Positions 1-5,891 of a stretch of 24,512 bases of DNA are shown here, piece by piece. Position 1 is the stretch's first letter. Every line of letters begins with the position of its first letter. The notes below the pieces were generated by a model. That model was given only the letters and a program-made list of their open reading frames with translations. It had not been told where the DNA came from and searched no databases. Source of the DNA: a virus (Duplodnaviria; Caudoviricetes); IMG/VR virus record IMGVR_UViG_3300032608_000576, positions 1 to 24,512 of that record; one strand, given 5' to 3'. Position numbers and translations under genes: made by a program.

Positions 1-1
1 G

Positions 2-100
2 AGCTTGTTGCTAGATGTAATGAGTGTGGTGGTCATAGGCTGGGCGGCGGCCGGGGCGGTACTGTGTGTTCTCATGATAGTGCGAGCAAGGCGCCGATGA
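2..100 (+). CDS. 3' end of a small membrane protein (partial, runs off window start)
   Basis: Frame 2 reads SLLLDVMSVVVIGWAAAGAVLCVLMIVRARRR-stop (hydrophobic helix plus basic tail); its TGA (98-100) overlaps the ATG at 97. Confidence 0.5.
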   Translation, partial: SLLLDVMSVVVIGWAAAGAVLCVLMIVRARRR

Positions 101-291
101 ACTGGGCAATGGTGACGCGGGTGGGGCTGTGGACGTTGGCTGTTGAGGCGGGGCTGTTGGGACTTTGCATGTGGCTGGCTGTGCTGCTCACTGGCCACCG
201 GTGTGCCGCGCTCGTGATGATAGCGGTCATGTTGGTGGCGGTGGCCATTGTAGGCTTGGTGGCTGGCGCTGCTGTGGGCTGGGGGGGATGA
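97..291 (+). CDS. small hypothetical membrane protein (about 2 TM helices)
   Basis: ORF 64..291; ATG at 97 preferred because of the ATGA overlap with the upstream stop; two hydrophobic stretches. Confidence 0.55.
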   Translation: MNWAMVTRVGLWTLAVEAGLLGLCMWLAVLLTGHRCAALVMIAVMLVAVAIVGLVAGAAVGWGG

Positions 292-353
292 TGGGCACAT
301 TTGAGGTGACGGAGTGTCCGTACTGTGGGGCAGAGCTGGGGAGGGATGAATGA
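288..353 (+). CDS. 21-aa micro-ORF with CPYCG motif
   Basis: MMGTFEVTECPYCGAELGRDE; ATGA overlaps at both ends (288-291 and 350-353). Confidence 0.4.
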   Translation: MMGTFEVTECPYCGAELGRDE

Positions 354-721
354 CACCCGCGGATCTTGTGTTTCATGATGTGAGCGGCGCTCGAGTCTGC
401 ATGCTTATGGTTGCGGATCAGCTGTCCAGGCTGGCCTATTCTGATGGTGAGGGGTTTGGCCCAGCTGAGTTTGGGGGGCTCAAGGAGTTGCTCATGCTCG
501 CGTTTGACGAGCTTGGGCATCCCTCGGATACCGAGGAGGGCCTAGATTATTTTATTGCGATGGTATGGGAAGCAAACGAGCCCCAGGAGGGGTTGCGGAG
601 TCTAGCCCAGAGTTTGGAGGGGCTTGGCCGGGCATTCCGGCGCATGAGCGAGATGTCCTATGAGGCGAAGCGGGCCCGCGTGGTGCGCATGAGGGCCAAG
701 TGGCAGGAGGGGAAAGGATGA
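350..721 (+). CDS. hypothetical protein (123 aa)
   Basis: GGAGG upstream, coupled to neighbours by ATGA overlaps; no motif recognised. Confidence 0.7.
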   Translation: MTPADLVFHDVSGARVCMLMVADQLSRLAYSDGEGFGPAEFGGLKELLMLAFDELGHPSDTEEGLDYFIAMVWEANEPQEGLRSLAQSLEGLGRAFRRMSEMSYEAKRARVVRMRAKWQEGKG

Positions 722-1431
722 CCTTTGACATCTCGATCTATGACCACGTGCAGGCTGCCCTGGGGCCTGACGACAAGCGGGCTCTGCTGACTGTGCTGGA
801 CGCGGTGCGCCAAGGCCAACGCACGTACACGTATCTGGAGATCGGCTCGTGGCAGGGGGGTAGCCTGCAGCCCATAGTGGCAGACCCGGCGTGTGTCGAG
901 GCCTACTCGTTCGACGCGCGCAAGGGCGGGCCAAAGTATAACACGCTGAACGCGGGCATTATGCGCGAAAACCTGAGGCGCGTTCCGGGAGCAGATATTC
1001 GGAAGCTGAGGTGCTGGGACAGTCCGATGGGTGTGGCCGACGAGATCCTGCTGGCCGACGTGGTGTTCATCGATGGGTGGCATACGCCAGAGATGGCATG
1101 GCGGGACTTTTGGGCCTGTCGCTGGATGGCGGCGGATGTGTTCCTTTTCCACGACATCGACATGATAGCCTCGGCGTTCAAGCGCGCGCAGCGTGCTCTG
1201 CCGGGGAGCGTGGGCTATCGCCTCTCCGACAAGGTAGGGCTGATCTACAACGGTGACTGGGGCGCGTTCGCTACGCCCGAGTTGCGGGCGCTATGCCGGC
1301 CGATGCGCTGGACGCGCGGGGCGACCTGGTGGGCGATACAACGGCGCTGGCGGCGCTATACGCCCGTGGGGCTGAGGCGGCTGTTATCCCCGGTGATGAC
1401 GAGGTTGCGCCAAAAGGTGATCGGGCTGTGA
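718..1431 (+). CDS. class I SAM-dependent methyltransferase (Methyltransf_24-like)
   Basis: YLEIGSWQGGS motif I and DVVFIDGWH / FLFHD motifs; start moved to ATG 718 (ATGA overlap with upstream stop). Confidence 0.85.
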   Translation: MTFDISIYDHVQAALGPDDKRALLTVLDAVRQGQRTYTYLEIGSWQGGSLQPIVADPACVEAYSFDARKGGPKYNTLNAGIMRENLRRVPGADIRKLRCWDSPMGVADEILLADVVFIDGWHTPEMAWRDFWACRWMAADVFLFHDIDMIASAFKRAQRALPGSVGYRLSDKVGLIYNGDWGAFATPELRALCRPMRWTRGATWWAIQRRWRRYTPVGLRRLLSPVMTRLRQKVIGL

Positions 1432-2123
1432 CTGTGAAAACGACGGACACCTATCGAGCCGCGTTGTTCGAGGAACTGTGTCAGGTTGCCGGGGCGGAGC
1501 GGTTCGCAGGCGGGCGCATCCTGGAGGTGGGGCCGAAGGATGGCCTGGACAGCCTGCGGTTATCCAGGCTGGGGCCTCGTCAGCTCGTGCTGCTGGACCT
1601 GCCCGAAAAGCGAGAAAGCTATGAGCGCTGGCGTACGACGATCGGCCCGAGCTGGTACGTTGAGGGGAATCTGCTCTATCTGTCGCACGCAGAGTTTGCC
1701 GCGCTGGGCACATGCGACCTGATCTGGTGCACGGGCGTGCTTTACCACAACGCGGAGCAGCTCAGGCTGCTTCGCAAGCTGTACCACCTACTGGCCGTCG
1801 GCGGGTATCTCGTGTTGGAAAGCGCCACGGCGCGGGGTCGTCGCTGGTTGCGGCGGGGGTGCTTTGTTGAGATTCACTACCCGGAGACCTATCGAGGCGT
1901 TGAGACGATCACACACCTGCCCTCCGCGGGGGCCGTGCGTGCCTGGCTGATGATGGTCGGGTTCGCTGAGATTCACGACTCGGACTGCTACCGACGGCAC
2001 AACGCGGATCTGATCGGGCAGCGCGCGGCGTGGATTTGTCGGAAGGGCGAGATGGACCAGGCGGACGCCTATTATGTGCGGACGGGTTTGAACCCGCCCT
2101 ATCGCTACGGGGACAGCACGTAA
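1428..2123 (+). CDS. class I SAM-dependent methyltransferase (CmoB/DUF1698-like)
   Basis: ILEVGPKDG motif I, CDLIWCTGVLYH, GGYLVLES; start at GTG 1428 (GTGA overlap) rather than 1293. Confidence 0.85.
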   Translation: MTVKTTDTYRAALFEELCQVAGAERFAGGRILEVGPKDGLDSLRLSRLGPRQLVLLDLPEKRESYERWRTTIGPSWYVEGNLLYLSHAEFAALGTCDLIWCTGVLYHNAEQLRLLRKLYHLLAVGGYLVLESATARGRRWLRRGCFVEIHYPETYRGVETITHLPSAGAVRAWLMMVGFAEIHDSDCYRRHNADLIGQRAAWICRKGEMDQADAYYVRTGLNPPYRYGDST

Positions 2124-2153
2124 GATGCCAGGAGATAAGGGCATCGCGGGGCT

Positions 2154-2423
2154 GTGAAGGCCCGGCTGACGACCGGTCTCGCGCTCGGCATTCTGGGGCT
2201 CGGCGCTGTTCTGTACTGCGCCCTGGCCTACCACGTGTGGGGGGATGACCTTTCCCTTGGGGGAGCCGTGCGGTGGACCGTATGGGCGCTGGTTGCCGGC
2301 GAGTGGGTGCTGCTGTGGATCGTGAGGAGGAGGGCTAGAGGAAAGCGGAGCCGCTTGATGGTTGTGGCGATGGTGTGTGTGTTCGTGGCCGTACTACTGG
2401 ACATGCGGGAGCTGTTCTCGTGA
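2154..2423 (+). CDS. small membrane protein (about 3 TM helices)
   Basis: 89-aa ORF with three hydrophobic segments and a basic RRRARGKRSR loop. Confidence 0.65.
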   Translation: MKARLTTGLALGILGLGAVLYCALAYHVWGDDLSLGGAVRWTVWALVAGEWVLLWIVRRRARGKRSRLMVVAMVCVFVAVLLDMRELFS

Positions 2424-2518
2424 CCGCCCTAGCTTATTTGGGCGGGATATGCGCTGCGTGGCTGGCCGCCTGTGGGCTGGCCTGGTGGCTGGTGGGTGAT
2501 GAGGAGTGGGAACCGTAG
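2420..2518 (+). CDS. 32-aa single-TM peptide
   Basis: GTG 2420 overlaps upstream TGA; MTALAYLGGICAAWLAACGLAWWLVGDEEWEP; below the ORF-track length cut-off. Confidence 0.45.
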   Translation: MTALAYLGGICAAWLAACGLAWWLVGDEEWEP

Positions 2519-2529
2519 AGAGGGATCCG

Positions 2530-2685
2530 ATGGACATTCTTTGTGCGCTTTTGAGTGGGGCCGTTGTGCTGTTGTGGTTGGGGGTGTTCCTCGCGTGCTT
2601 GTTTGTGGTACCGATAGTCGCTGTTGGTTACGCCGTTTACCAAGACGGGAAGGTAGACGACGACGAGTTTTGGATGGGCTGGTGA
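2530..2685 (+). CDS. 51-aa membrane peptide
   Basis: GAGGG upstream; MDILCALLSGAVVLLWLGVFLACLFVVPIVAVGYAVYQDGKVDDDEFWMGW; its TGA overlaps GTG 2682. Confidence 0.55.
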   Translation: MDILCALLSGAVVLLWLGVFLACLFVVPIVAVGYAVYQDGKVDDDEFWMGW

Positions 2686-3296
2686 ACCTCTGGACAGGCA
2701 CTCGCGTGGCCCTGATCTGCGACTATTATGACCCGGTCTACGTCGGCGGGGCGGAGTGGAGCGTGCGCCACCTGGCCGAGTGGCTGGCGGTCAAGGACAC
2801 TGGCGTCGTGGTCGTTACCCCGAGCTTTGGCGAGACGGGGGACGATCGCGAGCCCGTCCTGATCCGGCGCTACCCCGTGCCGTTCAAGTCCGCGCCCGTC
2901 CCTTACTGGCAGCTGGCCAACCCCTGGTGGTACCTGTACTCGGCGCGGCACATCACGCGTATCTGCCAGCGCGAGAACGTGAGCGTGCTGCATTGCCAGG
3001 GCAAGCACAGCCTGGTCGGCACGTGGCTGGCAGCGCGGTGGATGCTGCGGCCCTGCGTGGCCACGTTGCGCGACTATCAGGCGCTGTGCCGGTACGGGGT
3101 GACGTTTGACAAGGCCGCGTGCCAGTGGCCCAGGACCCCGGCGGGGCTGTACCATCGGGCCGATGCGGCCCTCAAGCGATACGTGCTGAGGGACTATGAC
3201 GAGGTGGTGGTGTTGTCCGAGGCGATGCGGCGGATCTATGCGCAGTATGGGGTGGAGGCAAGGGTGATTCACAATACGGTGGAGGCGGGGACGTGA
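2682..3296 (+). CDS. GT-B (GT4-like) glycosyltransferase, N-terminal acceptor domain only
   Basis: RVALICDYYDPVYVGGAEWSVRHLAEWL, VVVVTP, VLHCQ, VATLRDY, VVVLSEAMR; ends at ARVIHNTV, matching the usual VIxNGVD interdomain linker; start GTG 2682 rather than 2472. Confidence 0.85.
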   Translation: MNLWTGTRVALICDYYDPVYVGGAEWSVRHLAEWLAVKDTGVVVVTPSFGETGDDREPVLIRRYPVPFKSAPVPYWQLANPWWYLYSARHITRICQRENVSVLHCQGKHSLVGTWLAARWMLRPCVATLRDYQALCRYGVTFDKAACQWPRTPAGLYHRADAALKRYVLRDYDEVVVLSEAMRRIYAQYGVEARVIHNTVEAGT

Positions 3297-3499
3297 GCGA
3301 GAAGGTGTACGTGCTGAAGGGGGTAATGAATATGGAAGTGACTATTTTGGCAGTGGTACTTTTTCTTATGTTTCTCTTTTCGGTGCCTGTGCTGGACCGG
3401 TTTTTCGGGAACCTGGAGCGGGAGACGTATCTGAGGTATCGAGAAATGCTGCAGGAAGCGGACGATGCCTGGCGCGCGGCACACCCCGACGCGCCGTGA
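3293..3499 (+). CDS. 68-aa single-TM protein between the two GT halves
   Basis: GTGA overlaps at both ends; TM segment VTILAVVLFLMFLFSVPVL; visibly more T-rich than flanks. Confidence 0.6.
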   Translation: MSEKVYVLKGVMNMEVTILAVVLFLMFLFSVPVLDRFFGNLERETYLRYREMLQEADDAWRAAHPDAP

Positions 3500-4074
3500 G
3501 CACCATCCTCTACGTCGGCAAGCTGAGCTATGGCAAGGGCGTGGACCTGCTGGTGGATGCGCTGCCGGAGATTATCGAGCAGATAGGGGAGGTGGAGGCG
3601 GTGTTCGTGGGCGAGGGGCCGCTCCTGTGGCAGTTGCGAGAACAGATCTGTGGGTGGGGGCTAGACTACTATGCGGCCAAGGTGGGCTTTCTGGGCCAAG
3701 TCCCCCACGCCGAGGTCTGTGCTCTCTATCGCGACGCCGACGTCACCGTCATCCCCTCGCGCTGGCAGGAGCCGTTCGGGCGCGTGGCCCTGGAGGCATT
3801 GTGGTACGACTGCCCCATCGTGGTCACGAACCGGGGCGGCCTGCCCGAGATCGCGGCCTATGGCCCGAGCGAGATCGTGGAGCCGACGGGAGAGGAGTAC
3901 TCTCCTCTGGACATCGCCGCAGGCGTGGTGCGCATGCTGAGGCGGGAGAGGGGGGAAGAGAAGTACTCTTCTCCAGAGTACTCGTCTCGCCACGTGGACC
4001 GGGACTTGCTGCGCTGGGTGTTCGGGGACGTAGTGCGGGACAAGCACATGGAGATGTATGAGGGGTTGACGTGA
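3496..4074 (+). CDS. GT-B (GT4-like) glycosyltransferase, C-terminal nucleotide-sugar-binding domain (Glycos_transf_1-like)
   Basis: ILYVGKLSYGKGVDLLVDAL, FVGEGP, ADVTVIPSRWQEPFGRVALEA (E-x7-E), PIVVTNRGGLPEI. Confidence 0.9.
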   Translation: MSTILYVGKLSYGKGVDLLVDALPEIIEQIGEVEAVFVGEGPLLWQLREQICGWGLDYYAAKVGFLGQVPHAEVCALYRDADVTVIPSRWQEPFGRVALEALWYDCPIVVTNRGGLPEIAAYGPSEIVEPTGEEYSPLDIAAGVVRMLRRERGEEKYSSPEYSSRHVDRDLLRWVFGDVVRDKHMEMYEGLT

Positions 4075-4271
4075 AAGGGATCGCTGCTGGGGCGACTGGC
4101 CTGCCGATACGGATCGCGCTGATTCCAGAGGATTGCCCGCGGAGCCCCGCAGAGATGCGCGGCAAGCCCTGGGAACAGACCGGCGTCCTTGAGGGAGCGA
4201 TGGGTATGCTGCCCTTCCATCCTCGATGTCGGTGCGCGTGCGCCGTGGTGTTCTGGCCACAGAAGGGATGA
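4071..4271 (+). CDS. 66-aa protein resembling the C-terminal tip of Mu gpF/SPP1 gp7 head morphogenesis proteins
   Basis: DCPRSPAEMRGKPW...LPFHPRCRC matches the PxHPxCRC terminal motif; GTGA-coupled. Confidence 0.5.
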   Translation: MKGIAAGATGLPIRIALIPEDCPRSPAEMRGKPWEQTGVLEGAMGMLPFHPRCRCACAVVFWPQKG

Positions 4272-4274
4272 TGT

Positions 4275-4541
4275 ATGACCGAGAATGCGCCGGAGTATGG
4301 AGGTGCCGCCTGTGATTATCGGACGGCTAGGCAGCGCCGGGAGAAGATACGCCATTTGCTTGAAAGAGAGGCGTGGACGCGAAGCGAGCTGGCCATAGAG
4401 CTTGGCGTTTCAGAGCGAACGGTCTCTCGGGACTTGGCTATTCTACAGACAGAGTTCCCGCGTCTGCCCGTGATGATCTCAATAGAGCAACTGCGCACAC
4501 ACCGCTATATGCTGTTTGACCCAGACGGTGACGAGAACTGA
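4275..4541 (+). CDS. HTH DNA-binding protein (HTH_11/DeoR-like winged HTH)
   Basis: RREKIRHLL...TRSELAIELGVSERTVSRDLAIL. Confidence 0.85.
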   Translation: MTENAPEYGGAACDYRTARQRREKIRHLLEREAWTRSELAIELGVSERTVSRDLAILQTEFPRLPVMISIEQLRTHRYMLFDPDGDEN

Positions 4542-4550
4542 GAAAGTGGC

Positions 4551-4592
4551 ACCGTCTACCATGACGGTCTAGACCGACGCGCCTGCTACAAT
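4551..4592 (+). promoter_or_regulatory. candidate late promoter: extended -10 TGCTACAAT preceded by inverted repeats
   Basis: TG-C-TACAAT at 4584-4592; ACCGTC-N6-GACGGT at 4551-4568; perfect palindrome CGGTCTAGACCG at 4565-4576; no consensus -35. Confidence 0.45.
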
Positions 4593-4613
4593 GGACTGTA
4601 GCGGGCGCTTTTT
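4579..4613 (+). terminator. intrinsic terminator
   Basis: 12-bp stem GCGCCTGCTACA / TGTAGCGGGCGC (one G-U pair), 6-nt loop, then TTTTT. Confidence 0.7.
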
Positions 4614-4692
4614 GCGTCCGGAGATCGGCAACGCCGTCTCGGGGTGCTCGTGATAGGGCGGGTGGGGGAGCACGTTGTCGCTAGGAGGAGTA

Positions 4693-4869
4693 TTGACGCT
4701 GAGAGCACAAGGCAGAGGGCGAGGACGACGCAGTGGGCCGTATGCTGCTGGGCCTGGTGGGCAGTGCGTGTGCCCAAGTTGTGGCCACAAGGTGGCGCAC
4801 GGGGCAGGTACGCCGTGCACGAGCAGGACGTGCCCCAAGTGTGGCGCGCAGATGATGCGGGTGCTTTGA
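4693..4869 (+). CDS. 58-aa Cys-rich zinc-ribbon-like protein
   Basis: AGGAGG just upstream of TTG 4693; GRGRGR...AAGPGGQCVCPSCGHKVAH...PC...CPKCGAQM. Confidence 0.75.
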   Translation: MTLRAQGRGRGRRSGPYAAGPGGQCVCPSCGHKVAHGAGTPCTSRTCPKCGAQMMRVL

Positions 4870-5093
4870 TGGTCCGGCCGGGGGAGGGGCTGGACGCCGT
4901 TCGCAGAGTAGGGCTTTGCGCCCTGGGGTGCGCTGCCTATCTCCGGGGGTGTGCGCAATGCCTTGACGAGGTGCTTTTCGGTGTTGGCCCTGAGCGTCCC
5001 GTAGGGATCATAAGGTGCGGCTTGACACTGCTCACCCCGGCAGAGCGCGAGCAATCACGCCGCGCATCACTGGATAGAGCGAGGCGCAGGTGA
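4869..5093 (+). CDS. hypothetical Cys-containing protein (74 aa)
   Basis: ATG 4869 overlaps upstream TGA (TGATG); stop overlaps GTG 5090; 3' part of ORF 4644..5093. Confidence 0.5.
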   Translation: MVRPGEGLDAVRRVGLCALGCAAYLRGCAQCLDEVLFGVGPERPVGIIRCGLTLLTPAEREQSRRASLDRARRR

Positions 5094-5443
5094 CCCTACG
5101 CGAGGCTGCGGACCGCCATGCGCTGCTGTTCGCCGGCATCCTGATCATCGCGGGCGTTGCCTGGCAGGCCACCGCCGTGCTTCAGGAGGAGCAATTGCCG
5201 CCGGGGCTACCTGAGGTGGTGCTGCAGGGGCGCGCCATGGCGGAGCTGGCCGTGCTGCGACGCAACGTGGCAGAGCAGGAGTTGTACCTGGCCGCGATGC
5301 GCAAGGGCGAGGCGCTGACGCGCGAGGAGTATGTAGACGCGCTGGGCCAGTGGTATGCGCTGAATGAGATGGCGACGGGTCGGGTGCTGGACGGGGCCGA
5401 CCCGACGGATCCGGAGACGAGACTGTGGACGGTGGGGGAGTGA
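5090..5443 (+). CDS. hypothetical protein with N-terminal TM/signal anchor
   Basis: ALLFAGILIIAGVAWQATAVL followed by a helical domain; GTGA-coupled. Confidence 0.65.
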   Translation: MTLREAADRHALLFAGILIIAGVAWQATAVLQEEQLPPGLPEVVLQGRAMAELAVLRRNVAEQELYLAAMRKGEALTREEYVDALGQWYALNEMATGRVLDGADPTDPETRLWTVGE

Positions 5444-5450
5444 GCGGAGC

Positions 5451-5888
5451 ATGGCAGAGACGATCCAGGAAAGTCCGGCGAAATCCATATCTGACCAGTT
5501 GCAGGACGCGCTGGCCCAACTTTCCACAGATCAGATCAGATACATCGTTGTGCGGCAGGGGTATACCTCAGACAAGGATGCGGCTGATGCGCTAGGGATG
5601 AAGCCGGATACGGTGTACCACTGGCCAGACGTTGTGCGCGAGGCCTGTCGCTTGATGGCCGGGGATGGCATCGTTGTGGCGCGGCATGTGCTGCGCAAGA
5701 ACCTAGCCAAGGCCGCGCTGATCAAGGCGGCTGGCCTGGACAGCGACAGCGAGCGCATTCGCCAGGACGTGGCCGCGGAGATACTAGACAGGGAGCTGGG
5801 CAAGCCGACGCAGCGCCAGGAGCTAGGCGGCCCTGACGGCTCGCCGCTTGTGGTCAACATTGTACGGGCAGAAAAGCCGCAGGAATGA
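5451..5888 (+). CDS. terS: terminase small subunit
   Basis: HTH-like SDKDAADALGMKPDTVYHW and C-terminal EILDRELGKPTQRQELGGPDGSPL; directly upstream of terL; GGAG before ATG 5451. Confidence 0.75.
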   Translation: MAETIQESPAKSISDQLQDALAQLSTDQIRYIVVRQGYTSDKDAADALGMKPDTVYHWPDVVREACRLMAGDGIVVARHVLRKNLAKAALIKAAGLDSDSERIRQDVAAEILDRELGKPTQRQELGGPDGSPLVVNIVRAEKPQE

Positions 5889-5891
5889 GCC

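Noticed and set aside
2154-2423. Holin call for the 3-TM protein
   Set aside because: Topology is compatible, but there is no endolysin in the window and no family motif; left as a membrane protein
1293-2681. ORF-track N-terminal extensions (1293, 2472; likewise 700, 4644, 5364, 6807, 11875)
   Set aside because: They overlap better-supported genes or regulatory DNA; downstream starts have SD sequences, stop/start overlaps or a promoter
3293-3499. Insert between the GT halves as an intron or intein
   Set aside because: No group I/II or intein motifs seen; it reads as a coupled ORF with clean GTGA overlaps
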